A model generated the notes under the pieces. It was not told the origin of the DNA, made no database searches, and saw only the letters and a program-made list of their open reading frames with translations. The position numbers and the translations under genes were made by a program. A stretch of DNA of 64,000 bases, taken from assembly GCA_024137785.1 (NCBI GenBank), contig JAHRHZ010000222.1:29416838-29480837 (forward strand), in the 5' to 3' direction. Below, piece by piece: positions 1 through 12,330 of this stretch. Position 1 is the first letter of the stretch. Every line of letters starts with the position of its first letter. The DNA comes from Ginglymostoma cirratum. Lineage: Eukaryota.

Positions 1-7
1 TACCGCC

Positions 8-92
8 CACAGAAGCCACCAAACCTGCTGAGTTTCTCCAGCAATTTCTGTTTTTGTGGCAAATCTCCAGTATTCACAGTTCTTTGTTTAAT
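8..92 (+). mobile_element. Penelope-like element terminal (pLTR) fragment
   Basis: cctgctgagtttctccagcaatttctgtttttg...ctccagtattcacagttctttg resembles the PLE-type termini at 20070-20140 and 49700-49775. Confidence 0.55.
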
Positions 93-369
93 TTTAGTGA
101 GGCTGGATATACTGTGTGTTCTTGACCTCATTGACTTTCTTTCGGTTTTGCATCCATGCCTTTTCAACTGTGTTGCTGGCATTCACTCCTGAAATTTCTT
201 CCCATTGGCAACAGCGACATTGCTCTGAGAAGCCTTCTGTTTGCTGGGGGTAAACAAGATCTCCCTCCTGCTGCCACAGTCTTGACCAGAAGCAAAAGAC
301 TGAACTAGGATTAGCAGGAGGGCATACTTTAAGCCACCTCCACCTTATTCAGTTCTTTACGCATATCAA

Positions 370-550
370 AACGATGCCTCCAATTCCAAATGCCTTCATT
401 TTCGTTAGCCGTCTCATGGGTGGAGCCTTATTGAGTACCTTCTGGAATTTCATACAAATAGAACTCAAAGTCAATCCTTATTTTAGTGACAGCCACATAA
501 CAAAAAAAAGCTAGGTTAGTTAGACATGATCTACCCTTTGTAAACTGCTT
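370..550 (-). mobile_element. CR1 LINE reverse-transcriptase fragment (decayed)
   Basis: Minus strand reads ICMKFQKVLNKAPPMRRLTKMKAF, resembling the CR1 RT motif VYMDFQKAFDKVPHxRL. Confidence 0.7.
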
Positions 551-1899
551 TCAATCCTTTCTAGTTGGTGCATAAGCAAAGCCATGCATTGAGTGAGGTG
601 TGGGGACACAAGTAGGAGGAACAACGAGAGGTTACTGGGCCTAGAATTATGGGAACTACTGGAGCAAGCTGCAGGTTTATGGAGTCACAGGGATATTGGG
701 GTGAGGTGGGGGATGAGGAGTGGTTGCATTTGGGCCATTTGAAGAGATAAAGTAACAGAGATTGGGATTTTCTGAGTGTTTAACCATTACAGGGCTCCCT
801 GAATTACAAATGTCCACCTCACAAATGGTGGTACTTATGAAAGCGAGCACGTATAGGGATGTAATTTTAAAGATCTGACATATGAACTTTTCTACGTACT
901 TAACGAATAACTATTTTACATTGTCCTGCATTGTGTTCTGATTTGTAAAGAAATGGATTTGTGAACCAACTCAAGAAAAGAACCCATTTGCAAATCAGGG
1001 ACTATCCATATTCTTGTCAGGATATTAATCACAGAATTCGTAGATAAATAAATAGCACCCTCCAGATCATAGCTAACACCAGGATCATTTCCTGAGAATG
1101 TTGTCAAACCCAGAGGATTATTTAGTATTAAAACCCAGAAAAACAGAACATCATGAAAATATGCCTCTGGATATAAAAAGTCTTTGATATATGGTGGAAA
1201 ACTTCCGTCTCTTAAAAAGAATATTTTTACCTGCTTTTATTCTCTTGTGCCTCTTAGTAACAGCATTTATTCAATTGCAATGTACAACGTATTGCAAAAC
1301 GCACAAAAGGACTCAAATGAGTTACTAAATCTGATCAGATGACAGAACTCAGAAGTGACTGTTTAAAAGCTATGTCTATTACATAGACTGAAGTCAGATT
1401 TTTAGTCAAACTTAAGCAATGCTATACTTAAATACTGGAAGTAACAATTGTATCTGCAACACACAATAAAATATAATATTAGAGAGCATCAGTTAGCTGC
1501 TTTCTCATTCTCAATATTTTCACCTTTTCACTAAAATGTTGAGATAACAAGAGTCCCAAAGAGGTAAAGGCGTGCAACACTTGCTTTCTTCATTCAGGTT
1601 TTGGTGGGAGAATCTGCTGGTTTTGGAACAACATCATTTAGCAGCTGATCTACCAGCTTTCCCATATAACCAACCACAACTCCAACCAATGGGGAGCCTA
1701 GACAAAGTGTGTTCCCTAACCACAAGCCTCACCTACTCAAATTCATGGATTAGCTCTAAGACAGCATGCACTGACCTCCAGTGATCCTATTCTTAACCTC
1801 CATTGGGACTAATGCTATAGCATTGCTAGCCTATGTGCTAGGTTTAACAGTTGATCATGGCACTAACTTCAAAGGCTAGGGTAGTGAATGACAGCATGA

Positions 1900-2200
1900 G
1901 TCTCTTTGTGTTGGAAGATAAGTTGGTGGATCAGCTGTTTCAGCTCTTGCTACAGGAGGATATTCTGCTCTGAATTCTGAGTATCTTCCAATTTTCATAT
2001 ATACTGGGGTGTTGGCTTTGATTCTGACAGTCATCAAAACCATGACTCAGATTGTACAGTCAGCAGCAAAGGCATTGTGCACCTCATTGATAGCTGCCAA
2101 CCAAGTTTTCTGAAAGAAATATTTGCTGCCTGGACCACTCTAGAGAAGCTGTGCAATACTCTTCAGAACATATGTTTTGATACGTCATATTCTCCTGTAT
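1900..2200 (-). mobile_element. Harbinger-type Myb/SANT-like relic
   Basis: Minus strand KTWLAAINEVHNAFAADCT resembles the WxxIAxxVNA core of Myb/SANT-like domains; heavily decayed. Confidence 0.35.
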
Positions 2201-2259
2201 GCTGCACTGTCACAAAATCCTGAGGACATGGGCCTTACCACCAAGAATTATAATGTGCA

Positions 2260-2616
2260 TTTTTTAATTCATTCACAGGATAAGAGCATCACTGGCTAGG
2301 CAGCATTTACTGCCCATCCCGAATTGCCCAAAGGGCAGTTAAGAGTCAACCACATTGCTGTGGGTCTGGAGTCACATGTAGGCCAGAACGAATAAGGATG
2401 GCGGTTTCCTTCCCTAAAGGACATTAGTGAAGCAGATGGGTTTTTCCAAACAATCGACAATGGATTCACAGTCATCATTAGATTCTTAATTCCAGATATT
2501 TATTGAATTCAAATTCCACCATCTATCATAGTGGGATTCAAACTTGGGTCTCCAGAACATTACCTGGGTCTCTGTATTAACAGTCCAGCAATAATACCAC
2601 AAGGCCATTGCCTCCC
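2260..2616 (-). mobile_element. tRNA-headed SINE with LINE-derived body and tail
   Basis: Minus strand has an A-box-like tggccttgtggt, a B-box-like gtttgaatccc and an A-rich tail; homologous to 24844-25206; flanked by taatgtgca (2251-2259) / taatttgca (2618-2626), a probable TSD. Confidence 0.85.
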
Positions 2617-5599
2617 TTAATTTGCACTGCAGTACCAGGTGGAGGAAGATGCAAAGGAGGAGGGAGTGGAAGATGAGTTGATGCAGCAGAAACAGAGGAT
2701 GCAACTACCAGCCTTTCCAGCCAGGTTCTCCATGATTATCTCATCTAATTGTGGTACCACTGAACACAACTCCAATGCCCCATTCACCAGCAGTCACACG
2801 TCTACTTCAATGGACATCACATCATCCACAGAGCCACAATGTTGAAATAGAATCCACCAAAAGCCAATTATTTTAAACTATATTCATCCTGCAATCCATT
2901 CAATATTCCATTAATAAAGTCAATGAATTGGCCTCATTGAATGCTTTAGTGTCTATCTTGTGGCTGCCTTAGCATGTCTTAGTGATCCTGTACAATGCAA
3001 CAGTAGTGATGGCAGCCGAGCTGGTAGAAGGCTGCAGAGAGATTGCCATTGATTTTGGAGAAGGAACTCAAACAGTATTGGCCTGGAAGGCCCAGCTTTT
3101 GATTATACCATCTCGGTAGCAGTCTACACTGGCTGGCTGACAGGTAACAGTAAAGGCACCGACAGAGTGGTAAGGAAGCCAATGTCATTCCATGAGATGG
3201 CACTTCAGAAAACATAATCATCCAGTGGAGGAAACGTTACTGAATTGCTGTGAGATCCTGCAAGCCCTTTGCACACCAATATCTGCAACCTTGATGGCAG
3301 AAAACTGTGTTTTTATGGCGACGAGCTAATACTGCATGACTTCAGTCCCAGCTTCCACTGCAACCAGGAGACCTAGATGCAGCCTCATACCCAGGCTGTA
3401 ACTGTTCTCTTGCAGTTGGTCAACATTTCCATGCTATACTCCAATCTCTGTGCAAAACTTGACAGTCTTTTCAACAGGTTTACCAATTCACCAAGCAATT
3501 TTTTTGTACATTCCCATCAACCAAATTCTGTTGGATGCCCAACAAAGTCTTCATTCTCCGAAGCAGAATTCCTGCACTACCTTTCTCTTAGTGGATGTGA
3601 TACCTGTGCTGTCCTTGACCAAAGCCCACTCATGCTCTGTGTTAGAGCTTGGGAAGATCAATATCACTGTCTTCCTACTTTTCCATCTCATGCTTTTCTG
3701 CCATTGGTCGGATGTGATATGACATGATGGATATGAGGATACCATCTTCTCCAATAGTTTCAGCCCCAAAGTGGGTTACAGCTTCAATGATCTTTCAATG
3801 ATGGTGATTGTTATCTCCTCCTGTGTCTGTGCTTGACCTCAGGTAGGTAGTTCCTGTTGCCTCAGTCAGTGCATCCCCTTGACAGTGGAGTATTTTGTGT
3901 CAGTGAGAGTGGTGCAATTTGCTTGGGTTATGTTATGATTGCAGAGGTGGCTGTGTCAGTATGATGTGAGGTAAGAGAGTGAGGCTTGCTGTCATGTTAA
4001 GTGTGTAAATGTGAGGTGTATCTATAATGTTAAGGATGAGTCCTGATAGATAGTTGTTGGTATATGGTACCAATATGGTATCAGAATATGGTATTAAAAG
4101 GTATGTTCGTTGACCTTGACTACTTGTTAAACACACACCCAGGTCCTCAGATATGGAGTTCTGGCATTGATCTCCACAATACTTTATTCCACTGCCTTTG
4201 TAAAGTTTCTATAGAGGCCCTCTCAGCTCCGGGTGAACAGATCACATTTGCTCCTCTCTGCACCAATGCATCAGAAAATCTTGGAATCTCTGTAGTATTG
4301 TACCATTATTAAGTGTACCCCATGTTAAAATTAGTTTTAGAATAACTTGTAGAACCTGTTCCTACCATAATCCACCTCCCTTTTAAGTGGCAATGACTGG
4401 TTTAAAATAGTCCTGACTTGCTTCAGTTTAGTTTAGAATTGTATGACTTGTACCCCTTGCTCACACATGTAACCACTCAACCGTGTAATTAGCGCTGGCT
4501 TCATGCTACAAACAATTTTGGACCTCTTCCATATTTTGGTGCACAAAGTCCACACCAGGAATTATGATGCAGCAAGAATAAATTGGATTTTAATCACATA
4601 CAGAAGAAGAAATGAAGATTGGGAAGGCTAATGAGATTAAGGGACATGTTACGAAAAAATTGAAAGAAAATACATTTTGAAAATATTTGCAATACTAATT
4701 AAGTTCTGAGGGAATGAGATTCCACAGTGTAACCTATCAATGAGGTATTTTACAGCGTGCCTAATGGAGGGCTGGGTACCTACTTTCTACATCAAATTCC
4801 AAATCTCCCTGCATTTAGCTGAAATCTCTTGCAATGAGACAAGAACAGAGACTGGGGGTATACAGGTCATTACAAACTGCTGGCAATGACTGTGGAAAGT
4901 TCAAGATGCTGCTACACGGCTACCGATGTTCACCAGGCCTGTTGAGGGAAATTGATCCCATGCACCTCCCCATCAAAATCGATAAAATTGTTTAACAGAT
5001 CCTAAATGAAGAGTTAGTTTGAGAACATGTTTGGAATTTTTACATGGATTACATTTGCTGCCCATTTCTGACCAACTGAAAAGAAATGGATACAGTCTGA
5101 ACAACCAGTCTGAACAATAAGCAATTACACAAAGGACGGTCAATTGGCCAGAGGGTGACTCAGTCTTTGGAAAGGACATACCTTTGTTGCTGTTGAGGAG
5201 GAAGGGGCCATTGGAAAGGACATGCCCTTGATACTGTGCAGTGGAAAGGGGGAATGCTTGAGCATTGATATGGGCATCATCTTGCTGGTATTGCAGGAGC
5301 AGAAGAGAGCAGGGGGCAAGGCTGCCAGTGACAACTGGTAGGGTTTGGGGTCACCTGAGGGTAATGAAAGCTGCAGCTAGAAAAATGGAGCATAGCAGTC
5401 AGATTTTGGGTCTTCTGGTAATAAGGCATATGCACACCATGAAAAGGACAGAGACTTGAGTTGGAAGAAAGCCAAAAAAATGGAACGAGGTGCAGGAAGG
5501 ACACAGAGGCCAAACCGTAAACATAGGAGCTACTATTCAATTCAGAGTTACCTATAGATGACAGATTCTCAGTCCCACAGGGGCCTGCAACTCTCTGGG

Positions 5600-6030
5600 C
5601 AGATGGTCATGGTCACTAACGTCCATGCTCTGGTCCCTGAAGTCCTCCCACCACACAGCACTGCGTGACATGCCAGAAGCTGTCAAAAGGTTACTGGCCT
5701 TGAATGTTTTTATTCTTTCCAAGGATCAGCAAAGAATTTGACTGACCTCTCACAAACTGTAGCACATTACTACTTCTTGGTCATTACTAATGCTCAGATT
5801 GTCAGATTCATTTATTTAATGACAATTATGTCCTCGCAGTAACAGACATCATTGGGTTTTTGCCAATTGCATTGTACTTTGCTGGTATACAGTATTATCA
5901 ATTTAATTCATGTGGCCAGCAAGGGCAACGAGATTCATCAACAAGAAGGGCTTTCACATTGATAACATTCAACTGTTCTGCAACTACAACAAGAACATTT
6001 ACAGGTCCAGGGATGCTTTACAAAATTTCC
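5600..6030 (+). mobile_element. PIF/Harbinger DDE transposase relic (HARBI1-like)
   Basis: Frameshifted pieces: ttcatcaacaagaagggctttcac = FINKKGFH (cf. FxNRKGFHS), followed by an NIQLFC-like segment; upstream AVK-VTxALN-like segment. Confidence 0.65.
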
Positions 6031-6266
6031 CTGCAACAGTCTCATTTACTGTGATAGTCTAATGCATTGTACAGTGCATTTTATCCCATAGAGGAGCAAA
6101 GCTTGAGGACATTGAGGTCCTGGAAGGAAATAGCTTGACATAGGAAAACCCTGCCTTGATCGTCAAGTCTTTCACTCTCCTATGGCATTTTGCTTCCCTC
6201 TGATTTGTGTTATGTTAGTCTTTAGGCGGTCGAGGTATTGTAAAGCCACTAATCCTTCTTACAATG

Positions 6267-6359
6267 AGATAGTAAGAACTGCCAATGCTGGAGTCAGAGA
6301 TCACACTGTGTGATGCTGCCTGGCCTACGGTGTTCCTCCAGCTCCACACTGTGTTATAT
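6267..6359. mobile_element. PLE-terminus micro-insertion with 18-bp TSD
   Basis: Exact direct repeat ctaatccttcttacaatg at 6249-6266 and 6360-6377; insert is an inverted head (agatagtaagaactgccaatgctggag) plus a sense tail (gatgctgcctggcctacggtgttcctccagctccacactgtgtta). Confidence 0.85.
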
Positions 6360-6424
6360 CTAATCCTTCTTACAATGTTGAGTCTAAGGACATATATAAT
6401 TATCAGTAATAAAGGATAGAACAT

Positions 6425-6700
6425 TGATGAGCCTTAACACAAAGAAGCATCTGGGTTACATAACAACAGGTTAGTAGTTTATTGCGTGATAGGAAGAGTT
6501 GCAAGTTATATTGACTTCTTAGACAGAGTTACTTAAGAATGACAGGAGCCAGTGATGCCTCATTTGATCCCATTCAGATCTTCTGAACCTGATTTTCCAG
6601 TCATAAACTGTGTGACGTCATCAGTTTGAGTTGAGCTTAATGCCAACTTCGTGATTAACTCTCTCAGAAACATTATCATACGTTACATCTCCCCTTTTTT
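6425..6700 (-). mobile_element. LTR plus polypurine tract of a minus-strand LTR retrotransposon
   Basis: TG...CA bounded segment 6425-6687 with a reverse-strand AATAAA (tttatt ~6478), immediately followed by tctccccttttt (reverse PPT). Confidence 0.55.
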
Positions 6701-6789
6701 GTACTAGTTCCAATTTTGGGCTCTTGGCCCAAAATCCTGCAGTCTATGACAACACAACTGAATATTGAAATAACACTTGAATGTTACAA

Positions 6790-7225
6790 GTGTGTTTGAT
6801 TCTACAGCCTTTTTGTGCAGTGGGTTCCAGACTATCACTATGTCTGAGTGAAGAAAATATTGTTCTCAATTCTCCTGTTAGCCTTCTACCTGTTACCTTA
6901 AATCTATGCACCCTGGTTAGTGACTCTCTAAAAATAGAAAAACTGGTTTCCTATCCACCCTATCCATGTCCTCATAATTATATACACCTCCGTTAGGTCC
7001 CCTTTCTACCTTCACTACTCCAAGGAAAACAATCCCAGCATATCCAAGCTTTCCTCAGTTCCCAGAACCTTCAGCCCAGGCAGTATCCTGGTAAATTTTC
7101 TCTGTTCCCTCTCTGGTGCAATCACATCCGTTCTATAATGTGGTGACATGAACTGCATGCAGTACTCCAGTTATGGCCGGTGTTTTATACAGTTTCAGCA
7201 TAACTTCCTTGCTCTAGTTTTCTTA
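6790..7225 (-). mobile_element. CR1 LINE ORF2 3' fragment
   Basis: Minus strand RP*LEYCMQFMSPHYRTDVIAPEREQRKFTRILPG matches the CR1 C-terminal RPHLEYCVQFWSP..RRFTRMLPG motif. Confidence 0.85.
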
Positions 7226-7440
7226 AGTTGAATTGTAAGCAAGTGGGAACAAAATGCAGGACAATGGAAAGTAGCTGTTTGTAAGTACAGGAACTGTTGG
7301 GTTTTTAAAATTATAACCATGTTTGGAATTGTGTTCGTAAGTCAGATATTTGGAAATTGTGGACCCCCTGTTTCAACATATCTTCTTAACTATTCTATGC
7401 CTGCTGTGCTGCCTTCAAGAATCTGTGGATATGCACATCA

Positions 7441-7571
7441 AGATGTGTGTTGGTGCTGTATTCTTACAGATACAATAAAAATGCACAAGGTCATATTTAA
7501 TGCTATCAGTGCATTGCTGACAAGCTTTTTACTTTTTGTTTTGCACATAGCTGTAGTTAAGTCTGTATTTT
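7441..7571. repeat. ~130-bp dispersed direct repeat, copy 1
   Basis: Aligns by eye with 11355-11487 (agatgtgtgt..tacagatacaataaaa..caaggtcatatt..gctgaca.gctttttacttt..agttaa.tctgt). Confidence 0.85.
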
Positions 7572-8149
7572 AAGTTGGTCTAAACCTGGTTGTAGCCATT
7601 GATGATAATCTTCCCACAGTGACTCCTCCAATGCAATGTCTTCTCTCAACCTTACACATTGTTTTGTGCACCCCCCTTCACAACTATTGTCTCCTCTAAC
7701 ACCCAACACGCTTTTCAATTCCAAACAATTGATTCCCGCAGCTTCCCTACCACAGCAATAGTTGTTGATGATCACTCTTGATTTTCATTGATCAGATCCT
7801 CAGAACCGACTGTAGCCCACTTCACTGAATAATTTGGAGGCACAGACCCAATTGATGAGTGATGGGGCCCTTGACTGATCTCTGTGCAACTCCCCAACTG
7901 ACTAACTGTGACTGCCTAGACAGGTTGAAGTGCACCTGCAGTACTGTATTCACTTCCTGGACTGTAGTGGTATGGAACCCCTAAGATTGACCACTCTAAA
8001 TGACCACTGACCATGTCTAAGTCCTAGACTGAGATCTAATGCTTCCCTGACTGATTGAGCTGGGAACCCCTAATCGACAAAGGTCCCACTTGACTAGATC
8101 GAGAACTACTCCCCTTAAAATTTCAGATGTCACTATTTATTTGAAACAC

Positions 8150-9079
8150 ATTAGTGTGTTTGCCATGTAAGTTGCTGACACATGCTGTAGTTGTAACATT
8201 GACATAATAATATACTGTGCAGTACCATGGAAACACTTTGACTGAACACTGATGACCTACCATGGTATGCTGCCTGGCTTTGTAGCTACACAAGACGGTG
8301 AGGCAACACAGACATATTGTGAGCCTGTATGTTATAAATGAAGTGACAAAATATGAAAAGGCAAGACAAGGCAAGGAAAGGTGTGTAGAGGTGGGTAAGC
8401 ATCTGAGTAGGTGCAAAATAAATGAGAAGTAAAAGATAAAGTGCAGAGCCCTCAGATACACCCTACTCCAATCCATGAGACGGGTGCTTGTCTCTCTGTG
8501 TAATGTGGCTTCACAGTAGCATTACAATGAAAGGTCCAGTGCAATACACGGTTCTGTATTCCATTTGGTTGGATATCTGCCATGGTGATGTGATGTGGCT
8601 GGTAAATGTCCAATGCCACCATTCGTGGATGGGCAGAGGGTGGCAAGCAGTCATTGTCCATGGAGCATAGACTTCTGTCCAGACTGGTGGTCCGGAGGAA
8701 CACGAAGCAAGCTGGAGCATCTACGTTCCTGCTTTGACTTTCCTGTTAGGAATTATTGCTGTCTAGTTTCTTTCTTTTTGGGAAACTAGGAATGTGCACA
8801 TCAATGAGCTGAGATGAGGTACTAATGAAATGTAAATGCATGCCAGTAGGACTCTCACCATTAGCAAGATTCTCGATTGAAAAGTTAGTTGCAGAATGGA
8901 ACTTTTATTGAATGTCGAGAACCCATTTTTCTGAATGTGCCACATGTCTTCAAATAACTTGCCATTGTCCATGTTATTCAGGAACTGGGAAATTTTATTT
9001 TAATCATTTGTAGGATTTGGGCATCATTGGCTGTCCACAATTTATTACTCATCCCTAGCTGCCCTTGGATTCAACCCCA
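8150..9079. mobile_element. Harbinger-family element, right-end relic
   Basis: Homologous to 10250-11071 and 44060-45143 (same orientation) and to 23485-24700 (inverted); the terminal attcaacccc is separated from the rest by a SINE/LINE tail at ~8998-9068; left boundary uncertain. Confidence 0.65.
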
Positions 9080-9533
9080 TGTACCAAATATTTGACCACG
9101 TGTAATCATGTAGACGATGATTACACAAGCAGTTTGTTCATGTTACAGGAAAATACCTGCTTCTTACTTTGATTTAACCATTTACAATTCAGTAATTAGT
9201 GAACCACTCTAAAATTGATCATTCATCTTATACATATAAATCAATGAAATTAATTCATTTTATCTTTGCTCATAGACCATTGTTTGAAAGTATATTAAAA
9301 TGAAATATACGAAAGACACAAATTTTGACAATCTATAATAGATTGTCTGGGAAAACTGCACAAACAAAAAGGAACCGAGATTTGAGATACCTTACATATA
9401 AAGGACGAAATTGTCCTGTAAGACATTCTAAAGACTTAACAGTGCATGACCAAGATTCGTGATATCAGGACTCAGAGGAGAATTCTCCATAAGAGTCTCT
9501 GGAGCTGATGATTTAATGTTTTACAAACTTGAT

Positions 9534-11071
9534 GGGCTGAATTTCAACAAAACATGGTTAAGTGTTAGTTTCAGAAGCCTAATGCAGGGTTTCTCTTTGT
9601 AAGTGCTACCGTGTTATCTTAGACAATTCTCTCCATCTTACCTCATTGTGTACACATTATGAGTCATTGGCAGAGGAAGTATTCCCCACTAAGGAATCTT
9701 CTGGGATTTCCTCAAGTGGCACTATATTTACAGCACAGGTATGCACCAGATCACTCACTGCCAATCACACATTGCCCAACACCTTTGGAGAGAAATTACA
9801 AAGTAAAGTTTCTGAGGGCACACAGCTGTCTTAGGTAATACTTCATTGGGATCGGAATCACATTCATAAATGTATTGCTACTTTACATCATCACCTGTCT
9901 GACCAACTGTCATTGTTACTATAGCTACAAGAACGAAGTTATACAGGTTACTTGCCTTTAGTGCCATACCATGTTTGAATGCTGTCTAAAGGAATGTTAG
10001 TCTTTCTCTAATACTCAGGGTAGCATAACATTTTGTCATTATTCAGGACTGACTTTGGCCCACTCTCAGACTAATGATACAGAACCCCTGACCTGACAAC
10101 CCCAAGTGTCGGATTGACCCTGGGCAGATACCAGACAATACCCTTGACTTCCTGTACTGATACCCCCGAGTACTCCTCTTAAACTTTCAGACATGGCCAT
10201 TTGGCTAAAGCACATGCAGTGTCTTTGTTGCCCAAGCTGATACACATGTTGTTGATGTGACATTGATGTAATACGGTGCCTTACAGCAACATGTCCACTC
10301 CCATGAATAATCATTGCTAGCAAACACGACAGGCTGCCTGGCTTTATGTCTGAGCTAAAAGACAAGGCAAGACAGAAGTACAGTGAATCTGCAAGTTCTG
10401 AAGGAGGAGGCAAAGTGCAAAAAAGGCAAGGCAAAATAGAGATGCTTGGAGCGTCCAGGTAGGCGCAAAGTGAGAGCATGAAGAGAGCAAGAGCTCTGAC
10501 AGCATGCTGCTCCAATCAATGAGTTGGGTGTATGCCCCTGCTGCATAGTGGCCCGGCAGCAGCATTACAAGATGTCAGGGCACTTCAAAGGGTAGTATTG
10601 AAATGGCTAACTGTATTCAAAGAGAATCAGAGATGCACCATGATAATACGATAAGGCTGGTACATGTCTGATGCTAACCTTTATGAATGGCGGGTTGCTG
10701 CCAGTCACTACTCATGGATCATACCCTGAGATATTAGGGGGACTCCTATCCAAGATGGAGGGCCTGAGGAGCACATGGTGAGCAGGAGCTGCCAAGTATC
10801 CGCTCTGACTTTCATATCTGGAATCAACACAATCTCATTTCTCTCTGCCGAATAGGAGAACAGTAAATTGCATAGCGATTAGCTAATAATTAGTTTTGTA
10901 TGCAAATAGGCCTCATTCCACTCATAATTGAGATTCATGCTTCACCATTCAAACCTTGGATTCAAAATTGGACTTTTTCTTGACGTTGACAGTCTCATTT
11001 TTCTGATCTCACCATATTTTGGCAACTCACTCACCATTGCCCATGCCATTCGGGACAGGGAAATTCAACCC
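9534..11071. mobile_element. Non-autonomous Harbinger-family element with TIRs
   Basis: TIRs gggctgaatttc (9534-9545) / gaaattcaaccc (11060-11071); interior homologous to 43530-45143; left end homologous to 46041+ and, inverted, to 28660-28770. Confidence 0.75.
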
Positions 11072-11354
11072 AGTGTATTTGGCTTAAATTGCAAATCATG
11101 GTTCAGAAATAATAATTGTGTCAACAACATGTGTTTATAACAAAAGCAAGCATTATTATCAAAACAGCTAGCTGATGTGGATAGGAATAATATACCACAA
11201 TTTACTGTAATGGAAACTCATACTCATTTATGCACTTGTTCCTGAAAAGATGGCTGAGAAGGGGAATTCCTTTTATTTTATACGTGGAGCCAGCACAATG
11301 CTATCTGCAATTTTGTTGATGTCACCTTCAATAAACACCAGTATATTATCTCAG

Positions 11355-11487
11355 AGATGTGTGTTTGTGCTGCATTCCTACAGATACAATAAAAAAGCAG
11401 CAAGGTCATATTGAATGCTTTCAGCGTACTGCTGACATGCTTTTTACTTTCTTTTCTTGCACACAGCTATAGTTAAATCTGTTTTTG
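11355..11487. repeat. ~130-bp dispersed direct repeat, copy 2
   Basis: Aligns with 7441-7571. Confidence 0.85.
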
Positions 11488-11644
11488 TTTTATATATCAT
11501 ACCTTGAAAGCACCTGTAGCATGCGTAGAAAGACACAGTCTACCTGATTCTCAGGTGAATTATTTTTGGAGGAGAAAAATCAAAGACAGCATCGAGCTAT
11601 GAAAGAACCTCCTTCCATCTGGCAAAATGGCTTTTGGACTCTAA

Positions 11645-11791
11645 NNNNNNNNNNNNNNNNNNNNNNNNNNNNNNNNNNNNNNNNNNNNNNNNNNNNNNNN
11701 NNNNNNNNNNNNNNNNNNNNNNNNNNNNNNNNNNNNNNNNNNNNNNNNNNNNNNNNNNNNNNNNNNNNNNNNNNNNNNNNNNNNNNNNNNN
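11645..11791. other. Assembly gap (147 N)
   Basis: Run of N. Confidence 1.
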
Positions 11792-12330
11792 TAGCATCAT
11801 CTGCATCACCAGAGGGTTTACTTTGTAAACAATTTTAGCCTGTGCGTTAATCTCCCCCCCAGAACCAGGCCTCAGATGATCTATGATTGATTTGCAATTC
11901 AAAATGACAATAGAATCCTTGAAACAAATATGAAAAAGAACAAACTTTCTGTGAGTAATGCTTCAATTGATAGGGAAGGATAAGGTACATCTGTCACCAG
12001 ATAGGAGGCCTTTCAAATAAATAACAATCACAATAGAGTATTCTTGAGAGTGTGTTTTAAAGAAGAATACAGTATTTAATCGAAAGGGAAGATATTGCAG
12101 CAGCTTTTGTTTTCTGTTTTTAAAATTTATTTTTAATTCTCGATATCCAAAGTATAATCTGTGAGGGGCTATTAAGGCCCTGCTGCATGTAGTGCAACCA
12201 AATCTATGATTAATGGTGAACAGATTAAGAGAGGACAGAGTGCCTGAAAAATTAGTTGTGTTGCGGCTGTAGTCAGAAAATGCAGATTCAAAAGAAATTA
12301 ACGACCGGAAAATCATGCATACATTCATTC
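11792..12330. promoter_or_regulatory. Candidate conserved non-coding enhancer
   Basis: No recognisable repeat; Pbx-Hox TGATTAATGG 12207-12216, TGATTGATTT 11884-11893, Meis CTGTCA 11991, Fox TGTAAACA ~11824; conservation not testable here. Confidence 0.4.

Noticed and set aside
11566-11902. ORFs spanning X runs
   Set aside because: Artefacts of the N gap
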